Assembly (NCBI RefSeq): GCF_009914755.1
Contig: NC_060946.1
Strand: one strand, 5' to 3'
From: the human T2T-CHM13v2.0 reference genome, Homo sapiens
DNA: 64,000 bases
Positions within the stretch are counted from its first letter, which is position 1. Each line of letters starts with the position of its first letter. Shown here piece after piece: positions 13,142-28,400 of the stretch. The notes below the pieces were generated by a model, which saw only the letters and a list, made by a program, of their open reading frames with translations, was not told the origin of the DNA and ran no database searches. Both the position numbers and the translations under genes were made by a program.

Positions 13142-15047
13142 CTAGGAACTGCCTACAGAGGTTATTGTGAAATATCTCTGCACTGATAAACTAGGTGGTG
13201 TAACCCTTGTCCAAGCTCTGCCTACAGGGGCGTTTCCACATATCCCTGAACTGATGACAAAGGTGATGTAACCCTTGCCTAGGCTTTGCCTTAAGGGAAC
13301 ATTGGACATATATCTGCACTGATCACCCAGGTGATGCAACTCTTGCCTAGGCTTTGCCTACAGGGGACATTGTGACATATCTCTTCAATGATCACTCATG
13401 TGATGCATCTCTTGCCTAGGCTTTGCCTACAGGGGACATTGTGACATATCTCTGCACTGATCTCCCAGGTGCTGTAACTTTAGTCTAGGCTCTGGCTACA
13501 CGGCATTGTGACATATCACTGCACTGATCAACCAGGTGATATAACTCTTGTATAGGCTCTGCCTACAGGGGGAGTGTGACCTACCTCTGCACTGATCACC
13601 CAGGTGATATAACTCTTCTCTAGGATCTGCCTACAGGGTACTTTGTGACATATCCCTGCACTGATCACCCAGGTGATCTAACTCTGGTCTAAGCTCTGCC
13701 TAAAGGGGCATTGTGACAGATCTCTGCACTGATCACTCTGGTGATGTAAGTATTGTCTAAGCTCTGCTTCAAGGGGCCTTGTCACATATCTCTGCACTGA
13801 TCACCCAGGTGATGTAACTCTTGTCTATGCTCTGCTTCCAGGGCATATTGTGACATATTTATGCACTGATCACCTTAGTGATGTAACACTTTTGTAGGCT
13901 CGGCCTACAGAGGAATCTTGACATATCTCTGCACTGTTAACCGAGGTGATTTAACCCTTGTCTAGGCTGTGCCCACAGGGGGATTGAGACATATCTCTGC
14001 ACTGATCCCGAGGTGATACAACTCTTGCCTGGACTCTGCCTACTGTGGACATTGTGACATATCTCTGCACTGATCTCCCAGGTGCTGTAACTTTACTCTA
14101 GGCTCTGGCTACACGGCATTGTGACATATCACTGCACTGATCACCCAGGCGATATATCTCTTATCTAGGATCTGACCACAGGGTGCTTTGTGACATATCC
14201 CTGCAATGATCACCCAGGTGATATACCGCTTGCCAAGGCTCTGCCTACAGGGGCATTGCAATGTGTCTCTGCACTGATCACCTAGGTCTTGTAGCTATTT
14301 TCTAGGATCTGCCTACAGGGTGCTTTGTGAGGTGTCCCAGCAAGGATTACCCAGGTGATGTACCTCTCATCAAGGCTCTGCCTACAGGCACATTGTGATG
14401 TATCTCTGCACTGATCACCTCGGTCATGTAACTATTTTCTAGGCTCTACCTACGATGGCATTGTGACATATCTCTGCACTAATCATCCAAGTGATGTAAC
14501 TCTTGTCTAGGATGTGCCTAAATTAACTTTTTGACATAACCCTGTACTGATCATCCAGGTGATGGAGATTTTGTCTAGGCTCTGCCTAAGGGGGCATTGT
14601 GACATATTTCTGCATTGATCACCCAGGTGGCGAACTCTTCTCTCGGATCTGCCTATGGGGGCATTGTGAGAAATCTCTGCACTGATCACCCAGGTGATGT
14701 AACTGTTGTGTAACCTCTGCCTACAGGGGAATTGTGAGAGATCTCGTCACTGATTACCCAAGTGATGTAACCATTGTCTAGGCTTTGCGTACAGGGGGCT
14801 TTGTGACATACCTTTGCACTGATCACCCAGGTGATGTAACACATCTAAGTTCGGCCTAAAGGAGCTTTGTGACATATCTCTGCACTGATCACTCAGGTGA
14901 TGTAACACTTTTATAATCACTGCCTACAGGGAATTTTGACAAATCTCTGCACTGATCACCTAGGTGATGTAATTCTTGTCTACCCTCTCTCCAACGGGGC
15001 ACTGTGAAATATCTCTGCACTGATCACCCAGGTGATTCAACTCTTGA
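13142..15047 (+). repeat. 28-mer HOR unit embedded in the 27-mer domain
   Basis: 1906-bp spacing; extra 68 bp at 13513-13580. Confidence 0.92.
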
Positions 15048-18000
15048 CTAGGAACTGCCTACAGAGGATGTTGTGAAATATCTCTGCACTGATAAACTAG
15101 GTGGTGTAACCCTTGTCCAAGCTCTGCCTACAGGGGCGTTTCCACATATCCCTGAACTGATGACAAAGGTGATGTAACAGTTGCCTAGGCTTTGCCTACA
15201 GGGAACATTGGACATATATCTGCACTGATCACCCAAGTGATGCAACTCTTGCCTAGGCTTTGCCTACAGGGGACATTGTGACATATCTCTTCAATGATCT
15301 CTCATGTGATGCATCTCTTGCCTAGGCTTTGCCTACAGGGGACATTGTGACATATCTCTGCACTGATCTCCCAGGTGCTGTAACTTTAGTCCAGGCTCTG
15401 GCTACACGGCATTGTGACCTACCTCTGCAATGATCACCCAGGTGATATAACTCTTCTCTAGGATCTGCCTACAGGGTACTTTGTGACATATCCCTGCACT
15501 GATCACCCAGGTGATCTAACTCTGGTCTAAGCTCTGCCTAAAGGGGCATTGTGACAGATCACTGCACTGATCACTCTGGTGATGTAAGTATTGTCTAGGC
15601 ACTGCTTCAAGGGGCCTTGTCACATATTTCTGCACTGATCACCCAGGTGAAGTAACTCTTGTCTAGGCTCTGCTTCCAGGGCATATTGTGACATATCTAT
15701 GCACTGATCACCTTAGTGATGTAACACTTTGGTAGGCTCGGCCTACAGGGGAATCTTGACATATCTCTGCACTGTTAACCGAGGTGATTTAACTCTTGTC
15801 TAGGCTGTGCCCACAGGGGGATTGAGACATATCTCTGCACTGACCCCGAGGTGATACAACTCTTTCCTGGTCTCTGCCTACTGTGGACATTGTGACATAT
15901 CTCTGCACTGATCTCCGAGGTGCTGTAACTTTAGTCTAGGCTATGGCTACATGGCATTGTGACATATCACTGCACTGATCACCCAGGCGATATAACTCTT
16001 CTGTAGGATCTGACCACAGGGTGCTTTGTGACATATCCCTGCAATGATCACCCAGGTGATATACCACTTGCCAAGGCTCTGCCTACAGGGACATTGCAAT
16101 GTATCTCTGCACTGATCACCTAGGTCTTCTAGCTATTTTCTAGGATCTGCCTACAGGGTGCTTTGTGACGTGTCCCAGCAAGGATTACCCAGGTGATGTA
16201 CCTCTCATCAAGGCTCTGCCTACAGGCACATTGTGATGTATCTCTGCACTGATCACCTCGGTCATGTAACTTTTTTCTAGGCTCTACCTACGATGGCATT
16301 GTGACATATCTCTGCACTAACCATCCAAGTGATGTAAATCTTGTCTAGGATGTGCCTAAATTAACTTTTTGACATAACCCTGTACTGATCATCCAGGTGA
16401 TGGAGCTTTTGTCTAGGCTCTGCCTAAGGGGGCATTGTGACATATTTCTGCATTGATCACCAAGGTGGCGAACTCTTCTCTCGGATCTGCCTATGGGGGC
16501 ATTGTGAGAAATCTCTGCACTGATCACCCAGGTGATGTAACTGTTGTGTAACCTCTGCCTACAGGGGAATTGTGAGAGATCTCGTCACTGATTACCCAAG
16601 TGATGTAACCATTGTCTAGGCTTTGCGTACAGGGGGCTTTGTGACATACCTTTGCACTGATCACCCAGGTGATGTAACACATCTAAGTTCGGCCTAAAGG
16701 AGCTTTGTGACATATCTCTGCACTGATCACTTAGGTGATGTAACACTTTTATAATCACTGCCTACAGGGAATTTTGACAAATCTCTGCACTGATCACCTA
16801 GGTGATGTAACTCTTGTCTACCCTCTGTCCAACGGGGCACTGTGAAATATCTCTGCACTGATCACCCAGGTGATTCAACTCTTGACTAGGAACTGCCTAC
16901 AGAGGTTATTGTGAAATATCTCTGCACTGATAAACTAGGTGGTGTAACCCTTGTCCAAGCTCTGCCTACAGGGGCGTTTCCACATATCCCTGAACTGATG
17001 ACAAAGGTGATGTAACACTTGCCTAGGCTTTGCCTACAGGGAACATTGGACATATATCTGCACTGATCACTCAAGTGATGCAACTCTTGCCTAGGCTTTG
17101 CCTACAGGGGACATTGTGACATATCTCTTCAATGATCACTCATGTGATGCATCTCTTGCCTAGGCTTTGCCTACATGGGACATTGTGACATATCTCTGCA
17201 CTGATTTCCCAGGTGCTGTAACTTTAGTCTAGGCTCTGGCTACACTTCATTGGGACCTACCTCTGCAATGATCACCCAGGTGATATAACTCTCCTCTAGG
17301 ATCTGCCTACAGGGTACTTTGTGACATATCCCTGCACTGATCACCCAGGTGATCTAACTCTGGTCTAAGCTCTGCCTAAAGGGGCATTGTGACAGATCTC
17401 TGCACTGATCACTCTGGTGATGTAAGTATTGTCTGGGCTCTGCTTCAAGGGGCCTTGTCACATATCTCTGCACTGATCACCCAGGTGATGTAACTCTTGT
17501 CTAGGCTCTGCTTCCAGGACATATTGTGACATATCTATGCACTGATCACCTTAGTGATGTAACACTTTGGTAGGCTCGGCCTACAGGGGAATCTTGACAT
17601 ATCTCTGCACTGTTAACCGAGGTGATTTAACTCTTGTCTAGGCTGTGCCCACAGGGGGATTGAGTCATATCTCTGCACTGATCCCGAGGTGATACAACTC
17701 TTGCCTGGTCTCTGCCTACTGTGGACATTGGGACATATCTCTGCACTGATCTCCCAGGTGCTGTAACTTTAGTCTAGGCTCTGGCTACATGGCATTGTGA
17801 CATATCACTGCACTGATCACCCAGGCGATATAACTCTTCTGTAGGATCTGACCACAGGGTGCTTTGTGACATATGCCTGCAATGATCACCCAGGTGATAT
17901 ACCACTTGCCAAGGCTCTGCCTACAGGGGCATTGCAATGTATCTCTGCACTGATCACCTAGGTCTTGTAGCTATTTTCTAGGATCTGCCTACAGGGTGCT

Positions 18001-20561
18001 TTGTGACGTGTCCCAGCAAGGATTACCCAGGTGATGTAACTCTCATCATGGCTCTGCCTACAGGCACATTGTGATGTATCTCTGCACTGATCACCTCGGT
18101 CATGTAACTTTTCTCTAGGCTCTACCTACGATGGCATTGTGACATATCTCGGCACTAATCATCCAAGTGATGTAAATCTTGTCTAGGATGTGCCTAAATT
18201 AACTTTTTGACATAACCCTGTACTGATCATCCAGGTGATGAAGCTTTTGTCTAGGCTCTGCCTAAGGGGGCATTGTGACATATTTCTACAGTAATCACCG
18301 AGGTGGCGAACTCTTCTCTCGGATCTGCCTATGGGGGCATTGTGAGAAATCTCTGCACTGATCACCCAGGTGATGTAACTGTTGTGTAACCTCTGCCTAC
18401 AGGGGAATTGTGAGAGATCTCGTCACTGATTACCCAAGTGATGTAACCATTGTCTAGGCTTTGCGTACAGGGGGCTTTGTGACATACCTTTGCACTGATC
18501 ACCCAGGTGATGTAAAACATCTAAGTTCGGCCTAAAGGAGCTTTGTTACATATCTCTGCACTGATCACTTAGGTGATGTAATACTTTTATAATCACTGCC
18601 TACAGGGAATTTTTACAAATCTCTGCACTGATCACCTAGGTGATGTAACTCTTGTCTACCCTCTGTCCAACGGGGCATTGTGAAATGTCTCTGCACTGAT
18701 CACCCAGGTGATTCAACTCTTGACTAGGAACTGCCTACAGAGGTTATTGTGAAATATCTCTGCACTGATAAACTAGGTGGTGTAAACCTTGTCCAAGCTC
18801 TGCCTACAGGGGCGTTTCCACATATCCCTGAACTGATGACAAAGGTGATGTAACACTTGGCTAGGCTTCGCCTATAGGGAACATTGGACATATATCTGCA
18901 CTGATCACCCAAGTGATGCAACTCATGCCTAGGCTTTGCCTACAGGGGACACTGTGACATATCTCTTCAATGATCACTCATGTGACGCATCTCTTGCCTA
19001 GGCTTTGCCTACAGGGGACATTGTGACATATCTCTGCACTGATCTCCCAGGTGCTGTAACTTTAGTCTAGGCTCTGGCTACACGGCATTGTGACCTACCT
19101 CTGCAATGATCACCCAGGTGATATAACTCTTCTCTAGGATCTGCCTACAGGGTACTTTGTGACATATCCCTGCACTGATCACCCAGGTGATCTAACTCTG
19201 GTCTAAGCTCTGCCTAAAGGGGCATTGTGACAGATCTCTGCACTGATGACTCTGGTGATGTAAGTATTGTCTAGGCTCTGCTTCAAGGGGCCTTGTCACA
19301 TATCTCTGCACTGATCACCCAGGTGATGTAACTCTTGTCTAGGCTCTGCTTCCAGGGCATATTGTGACATATATTTGCACTGATCACCTTAGTGATGTAA
19401 CACTTTGGTAGGCTCGGCCTACAGGGGAATCTTGACATATCTCTGCACTGTTAACCGAGGTGATTTAACTCTTGTCTAGGCTGTGCCCACAGGGGGATTG
19501 AGACATATCTCTGCACTGATCCCGAGGTGATACAACTCTTGCCTGGTCTCTGCCTACTGTGGACATTGTGACATATCTCTGCACTGATCTCCCAGGTGCT
19601 GTAACTTTAGTCTAGGCTCTGGCTACACGGCATTGTGACATATCACTGCACTGATCACCCAGGCGATATAACTCTTCTCTAGGATCTGACCACAGGGTGC
19701 TTTGTGACATATCCCTGCAATGATCACCCTGGTGATATACCACTTGCCAAGGCTCTGCCTACAGGGGCATTGCAATGTATCTCTGCACTGATCACCTAGG
19801 TCTTGTAGCTATTTTCTAGGATCTGCCTACAGGGTGCTTTGTGACGTGTCCCAGCAAGGATTACCCAGGTGATGTACCTCTCATCAAGGCTCTGCCTACA
19901 GGCACATTGTGATGTATCTCTGCACTGATCACCTCGGTCATGTAACTTTTTTCTAGGCTCTACCTACGATGGCATTGTGACATATCTCTGCACTAATCAT
20001 CCAAGTGATGTAACTCTTGTCTAGGATGTGCCTAAATTAACTTTTTGAGATAACCCTGTACTGATCATCCAGGTGATGGAGATTTTGTCTAGGCTCTGCC
20101 TAAGGGGGCATTGTGACATATTTCTGCATTGATCAACCAGGTGGCGAACTCTTCTCTCGGATCTGCCTATGGGGGCATTGTGAGAAATCTCTGCACTGAT
20201 CACCCAGGTGATGTAACTGTTGTGTAAACTCTGCCAACAGGGGAATTGTGAGACATCTCGTCACTGTTTACCCAAGTGATGTAACCATTGTCTAGGCTTT
20301 GCCTACAGGGGGCTTTGTGACATACCTTTGCACTGATCACCCAGGTGATGTAACATATCTAAGTTCGGCCTAAAGGAGCTTTGTGACATATCTCTGCACT
20401 GATCACTTAGGTGATGTAACACTTTTATAATCACTGCCTACAGGGAAATTTGACAAATCTCTGCACTGATCACCTAGGTTATGTAACTCTTGTCTACCCT
20501 CTGTCCAACGGGGCATTGTGAAATGTCTCTGCACTGATCACCCAGGTGATTCAACTCTTGA

Positions 20562-22467
20562 CTAGGAACTGCCTACAGAGGTTATTGTGAAATATCTCTG
20601 CACTGATAAACTAGGTGGTGTAACCCTTGTCCAAGCTCTGCCCACAGGGGCGTTTCCACATATCCCTGAACTGATCACAAAGGTGATGTAACTCTTGCCT
20701 AGGCTTTGCCTTAAGGGAACATTGGACATATATCTGCACTGATCACCCAGGTGATGCAACTCTTGCCTAGGCTTTGCCTGCAGGGGACATTGTGACATAT
20801 CTCTTCAATGATCACTCATGTGATGCATCTCTTGCCTAGGCTTTGCCTACAGGGGACATTGTGACATATCTCTGCACTGATCTCCCAGGTGCTGTAACTT
20901 TAGTCTAGGCTCTGGGTACACGGCATTGTGACATATCACTGCACTGATAAACCAGGTGATATAACTCTTGTATAGGCTCTGCCTACAGGGGGATTGTGAC
21001 CTACCTCTGCACTGATCACCCAGGTGATATAACTCTTCTCTAGGATCTGCCTACAGGGTACTTTGTGACATATCCCTGCACTGATCACCCAGGTGATCTA
21101 ACTCTGGTCTAAGCTCTGCCTAAAGGGGCATTGTGACAGATCTCTGCACTGATCACTCTGGTGATGTAAGTATTGTCTAGGCTCTGCTTCAAGGGGCCTT
21201 GTCACATATCTCTGCACTGATCACCCAGGTGATGTAACTCTTGTCTAGGCTCTGCTTCCAGGGCATATTGTGACATATCTATGCACTGATCACCTTAGTG
21301 ATGTAACACTTTGGTAGGCTCGGCCTACAGGGGAATCTTGACATATCTCTGCACTGTTAACCGAGGTGATTTAACTCTTGTCTAGGCTGTGCCCACAGGG
21401 GGATTGAGACATATGTCTGCACTGATCCCGAGGTGATACAACTCTTGCCTGGTCTCTGCCTACTGTGGATATTGTGACATATCTCTGCACTGATCTCCCA
21501 GGTGCTGTAAATTTAGACTAGGCTCTGGCTACACGGCATTGTGAGATATCACTGCACTGATCACCCAGGCGATATAACTCTTCTCTAGGATCTGACCACA
21601 GGGTGCTTTGTGACATATCCCTGCAATGATCACCCAGGTGATATACCACTTGCCAAGGCTCTGCCTACAGGGGCATTGCAATGTATCTCTGCACTGATCA
21701 CCTAGGTCCTGTAGCTATTTTCTAGGATCTGCCTACAGGGTGCTTTGTGACGTGTCCCAGCAAGGATTACCCAGGTGATGTACCTCTCATCAAGGCTCTG
21801 CCTACAGGCACATTGTGATGTATCTCTGCACTGATTACCTAGGTCATGTAACTTTTTTCTAGGCTCTACCTACGATGGCATTGTGACATATCTCTGCACT
21901 AATCATCCAAGTGATGTAACTCTTGTCTAGGATGTGCCTAAATTAACTTTTTGACATAACCCTGTACTGATCATCCAGGTGATGGAGCTTTTGTCTAGGC
22001 TCTGCCTAAGGGGGCATTGTGACATATTTCTGCATTGATCACCCAGGTGGCGAACTCTTCTCTCGGATCTGCCTATGGGGTCATTGTGAGAAATCTCTGC
22101 ACTGATCACCCAGGTGATGTAACTGTTGTGTAACCTCTGCCTACAGGGGAATTGTGAGAGATCTCGTCACTGATTACCCAAGTGATGTAACCATTGTCTA
22201 GGCTTTGCGTACAGGGGGCTTTGTGACATACCTTTGCACTGATAACCCAGGTGATGTAACACATCTAAGTTCGGCCTAAAGGAGCTTTGTGACATATCTC
22301 TGCACTGATCACTTAGGTGATGTAACACTTTTATAATCATTGCCTGCAGGGAATTTTGACAAATGTCTGCACTGATCACCTAGGTTATGTAACTCTTGTC
22401 TACCCTCTGTCCAACGGGGCATTGTGAAATGTCTCTGCACGGATCACCCAGGTGATTCAACTCTTGA
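20562..22467 (+). repeat. 28-mer HOR unit embedded in the 27-mer domain
   Basis: 1906-bp spacing; extra 68 bp at 20933-21000. Confidence 0.92.
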
Positions 22468-25400
22468 CTAGGAACTGCCTACAGAGGTTATTGTGAAATA
22501 TCTCTGCACTGATAAACTAGGTGGTGTAACCCTTGTCCAAACTCTACCTACAGGGGCGTTTCCACATATCCCTGAACTAATGACAAAGGTGATGTAACTC
22601 TTGCCTAGGCTTTGCCTACAGGGAACATTGGACATATATCTGCACTGATCACCCAGGTGATGCAACTCTTGCCTAGGCTTTGCCTACAGGGGACATCGGG
22701 ACATATCTCTTCAATGATCACTCCTGTGATGCATCTCTTGCCTAGGCTTTGCCTACAGGGGACATTGTGACATATCTCTGCACTGATCTCCCAGGTGCTG
22801 TAACTTTAGTCTAGGCTCTGGCTACACGGCATTGTGACCTACCTCTGCACTGATCACCCAGGTGATATAACTCTTCTCTAGGATCTGCCTACAGGGTACT
22901 TTGTGACATATCCCTGCACTGATCACCCAGGTGATCTAACTCTGGTTTAAGCTCTGCCTAAAGGGGCATTGTGACAGATCTCTGCACTGATCACTCTGGT
23001 GATGTAAGTATTGTCTAGGCTCTGCTTCAAGGGGCCTTGTCACATATCTCTGCACTGATCACCCAGGTGATGTAACTCTTGTCTAGGCTCTGCTTCCAGG
23101 GCATATTGTGACATATCTATGCACTGATCACCTTAGTGATGTAACACTTTGGTAGGCTCGGCCTACAGGGGAATCTTGACATATCTCTGCACTGTTAACC
23201 GAGGTGATTTAACTCTTGTCTAGGCTGTGCCCACAGGGGGATTGAGACATATCTCTGCACTGATCCCGAGGTGATACAACTCTTGCCTGGTCTCTGCCTA
23301 CTGTGGACATTGTGACATATCTCTGCACTGATCTCCCAGGTGCTGTAACTTTAGTCTAGGCTCTGGCTACACGGCATTGTGACATATCACTGCACTGATC
23401 ACCCAGGCGATATAACTCTTCTCTAGGATCTGACCACAGGGTGCTTTGTGACATATCCCTGCAATGATCACCCTGGTGATATACCACTTGCCAAGGCTCT
23501 GCCTACAGGGGCATTGCAATGTATCTCTGCACTGATCACCTAGGTCTTGTAGCTATTTTCTAGGATCTGCCTACAGGGTGCTTTGTGACGTGTCCCAGCA
23601 AGGATTACCCAGGTGATGTACCTCTCATCAAGGCTCTGCCTACAGGCACATTGTGATGTATCTCTGCACTGATCACCTCGGTCATGTAACTTTTTTCTAG
23701 GCTCTACCTACGATGGCATTGTGACATATCTCTGCTCTAATCATCCAAGTGATGTAACACTTGTCTAGGATGTGCCTAAATTAACTTTTTGACATAACCC
23801 TGTACTGATCATCCAGGTGATGGAGCTTTTGTCTAGGCTCTGCCTAAGGGGGCATTGTGACATATTTCTGCATTGATCACCCAGGTGGCGAACTCTTCTC
23901 TCGGATCTGCCTATGGGGGCATTGTGAGAAATCTCTGCACTGATCACCCAGGTGATGTAACTGTTGTGTAACCTCTGCCTACAGGGGAATTGTGAGAGAC
24001 CTCGCCACTCATTACCCAAGTGATGTAACCATTGTCTAGGCTTTGCATACAGGGGGCTTTGTGACATACCTTTGCACTGATCACCCAGGTGATGTAACAC
24101 ATCTAAGTACGGCCTAAAGGAGCTTTGTGACATATCTCTGCAGTGATCACTTAGGTGATGTAATACTTTTATAATCACTGCCTACAGGGAATTTTGACAA
24201 ATCTCTGCACTGATCACCTAGGTGATGTAACTGTTGTCTACCCTCTGTCCAACGGGGCATAGTGAAATATCTCTGCACTAATCACCCAGGTGATTCAACT
24301 CTTCAATAGGAACTGCCTACAGAGGTTATTGTGAAATATCTCTGCACTGATAAACTAGGTGGTGTAACCCTTGTCCAAGCTCTGCCTACAGGGGCGTTTC
24401 CACATATCCCTGAACTGATGACAAAGGTGATGTAACACTTGCCTAGGCTTTGCCTACAGGGAACATTGGACATATATCTGCAGTGATCACCCAAGTGATG
24501 CAACTCTTGCCTAGGCTTTGCCTACAGGGGACATTGTGACATATCTCTTTAATGATCACTCATGTGATGTATCTCTTGCCTAGGCTTTGCCTACAGGGGA
24601 AATTGTGACATATCTCTGCACTGATCTCCCAGGTGCTGTAACTTTAGTCTAGGCTCTGGCTACACGGCTTTGTGACCTACCTCTGCACTGATCACCCAGG
24701 TGATATAACTCTTCTCTAGGATCTGCCTACAGGGTACTTTTTGACATATCCCTGCACTGATCACCCAGGTGATTTAACTCTGGTCTAAGCTCTCCCTAAG
24801 GGGCATTGTGACAGATCTCTGCACTGATCACTCTGGTGATGTAAGTATTGTCTAGGCTCTGCTTCAAGGGGCCTTGTCACATATCTCTGCACTGATCACC
24901 CAGGTGATGTAACTCTTGTCTAGGCTCTGCTTCCAGGGCATATTGTGACATATCTATGCACTGATCACCTTAGTGATGTAACACTTTGGTAGGCTCGGCC
25001 TACAGGGGAATCTTGACATATCTCTGCACTGTTAACCGAGGTGATTTAACTCTTGTCTAGGCTGTGCCCACAGGGGGATTGAGACATATCTCTGCACTGA
25101 TCCCGAGGTGATACAACTCTTGCCTGGTCTCTGCCTACTGTGGACATTGGGACATATCTCTGTACTGATCTCCCATGTGCTGTACCTTTAGTCTAGGCTC
25201 TGGCTACACGGCACTGTGACATATCACTACACTGATCACCCAGGCGATATAACTCTTCTCTAGGATCTGACTACAGGGTGCTTTGTGACATATCCCTGCA
25301 ATGATCACCCAGGTGATATACCACTTGCCAAGGCTCTGCCTACAGGGGCATTGCAATGTATCTCTGCACTGATCACCTAGGTCTTGTAGCTATTTTCTAG

Positions 25401-28400
25401 GATCTGCCTACAGGGTGCTTTGTGAGGTGTCCCAGCAAGGATTACCCAGGTGATGTACCTCTCATCAAGGCTCTGCCTACAGGCACATTTTGATGTATCT
25501 CTGCACTGATCACCTCGGTCATGTAACTTTTTTCTAGGCTCTACCTACGATGGCATTGTGACATATCTCTGCACTAATCATCCAAGTGATGTAACACTTG
25601 TCTAGGATGTGCCTAAATTAACTTTTTGACATAACCCTGTACTGATCATCCAGGTGATGGAGCTTTTGTCTAGGCTCTGCCTAAGGGGGCATTGTGACAT
25701 ATTTCTGCATTGATCACCCAGGTGGCGAACTCTTCTCTCGGATCTGCCTATGGGGGCATTGTGAGAAATCTCTGCACTGATCACCCAGGTGATGTAACTG
25801 TTGTGTAACCTCTGCCTACAGAGGAATTGTGAGAGATCTCGTCACTGATTACCCAAGTGATGTAACCATTGTCTAGGCTTTGCGTACAGGGGGCTTTGTG
25901 ACATACCTTTGCACTGATCACCCAGGTGATGTAACACATCTAAGTTCGGCCTAAAGGAGCTTTGTGACATATCTCTACAATGATCACTTAGGTGATGTAA
26001 CACTTTTATAATCACTGCCTACAGGGAATTTTGACAAATCTCTGCACTGATCACCTAGGTGATGTAACTCTTGTCTACCCTCTGTCCAACGGGGCATTGT
26101 GAAATATCTCTACACTGATCACCCAGGTTATTCAACTCTTGACTAGGAACTGCCTACAGAGGTTATTGTGAAATATCTCTGCACTGATAAACTAGGTGGT
26201 GTAACCCTTGTCCAAGCTCTGCCTACATGGTCGTTTCCACATTTCCCTGAACTGATGACAAAGGTGATGTAACTCTTGCCTAGGCTTTGCCTACAGGGAA
26301 CATTGGACATATATCTGCACTGATCACCCAGGTGATGCAACTCTTGCCTAGGCTTTGCCTACAGGGGCATTGTGATATATCTCTTCAATGATCACTCATG
26401 TGATGCATCTCTTGCCTAGGCTTTGCCTACAGGGGACATTGTGACATATCTCTGCACTGATCTCCCAGGTGCTGTAACTTTAGTCTAGGCTATGGCTACA
26501 CGGCATTGTGACCTACCTCTGCACTGATCACCCAGGTGATATAACTCTTCTCTAGGATCTGCCTACAGGGTACTTTGTGACATATACCTGCACTGATCAC
26601 CCAGGTGATTTAACTCTGGTCTAAGCTCTGCCTAAAGGGGCATTGTGACAGATCTCTGCACTGATCACTCTGGTGATGTAAGTATTGTCTAGGCTCTGCT
26701 TCAAGGGGCCTTGTCACATATCTCTGCACTGATCACCCAGGTGATGTAACTCTTGTCTAGGCTCTGCTTCCAGGGCATATTGTGACATATCTATGCACTG
26801 ATCACCTTAGTGATGTAACACTTTGGTAGGCTCGGCCTACAGGGGAATCTTGACATATCTCTGCACTGTTAACCGAGGTGATTTAACTCTTGTCTAGGCT
26901 GTGCCCACAGGGGGATTGAGACATATCTCTGCACTGATCCCGAGGTGATACAACTCTTGCCTGGTCTCTGCCTACTGTGGACATTGTGACATATCTCTGC
27001 ACTGATCTCCCAGGTGCTGTAACTTTAGTCTAGGCTCTGGCTACACGGCATTGTGACATATCACTGCACTGATCACCCAGGCGATATAACTCTTCTCTAG
27101 GATCTGACCACAGGGTGCTTTGTGACATATCCCTGCAATGATCACCCAGGTGATATACCACTTGCCAAGGCTCTGCCTACAGGGGCATTGCAATGTATCT
27201 CTGCACTGATCACCTAGGTCTTGTAGCTATTTTCTAGGATCTGCCTACAGGGTGCTTTGTGACGTGTCCCTGCAAGGATTACCCAGGTGATGTACCTCTC
27301 ATCAAGGCTCTGCCTACAGGCACATTGTGATGTATCTCTGCACTGATCACCTCGGTCATGTAACTTTTTTCTAGGCTCTACCTACGATGGCATTGTGACA
27401 TATCTCTGCACTAATCATCCAAGTGATGTAACACTTGTCTAGGATGTGCCTAAATTAACTTTTTGACATAACCCTGTACTGATCATCCAGGTGATGGAGC
27501 TTTTGTCTAGGCTCTGCCTAAGGGGGCATTGTGACATATTTCTGCATTGATCACCCAGGTGGCGAACTCTTCTCTCGGATCTGCCTATGGGTGCATTGTG
27601 AGAAATCTCTGCACTGATCACCCAGGTGATGTAACTGTTGTGTAACCTCTGCCTACAGGGGAATTGTGAGAGATCTCGTCACTGATTACCCAAGTGATGT
27701 AACCATTGTCTAGGCTTTGCGTACAGGGGGCTTTGTGACATACCTTTGCACTGATCACCCAGGTGATGTAACACATCTAAGTTCGGCCTAAAGGAGCTTT
27801 GTGACATATCTCTGCACTGATCACTTAGGTGATGTAACACTTTTATAATCACTGCCTACAGGGAATTTTGACAAATCTCTGCACTGATCACCTAGGTGAT
27901 GTAACTCTTGTCTACCCTCTGTCCAACGGGGCATTGTGAAATATCTCTACACTGATCACCCAGGTGATTCAACTCTTGACTAGGAACTGCCTACAGAGGT
28001 TATTGTGAAATATCTCTGCACTGGTAAACTAGGTGGTGTAACCCTTGTCCAAGCTCTGCCTACAAGGTCGTTTCCACATATCCCTGAACTGATGACAAAG
28101 GTGATGTAACTCTTGCCTAGGCTTTGCCTACAGGGAACATTGGACATATGTCTGCACTGATCACCCAGGTGATGCAACTCTTGCTTAGGCTTTGCCTACA
28201 GGGGCATTGTGACATATCTCTTCAATGATCACTCATGTGATGCATCTCTTGCCTAGGCTTTGCCTACAGGGGACATTGTGACATATCTCTGCACTGATCT
28301 CCCAGGTGCTGTAACTTTAGTCTAGGCTCTGGCTACACGGCATTGTGACCTACCTCTGCACTGATCACCCAGGTGATATAACTCTTCTCTAGGATCTGCC

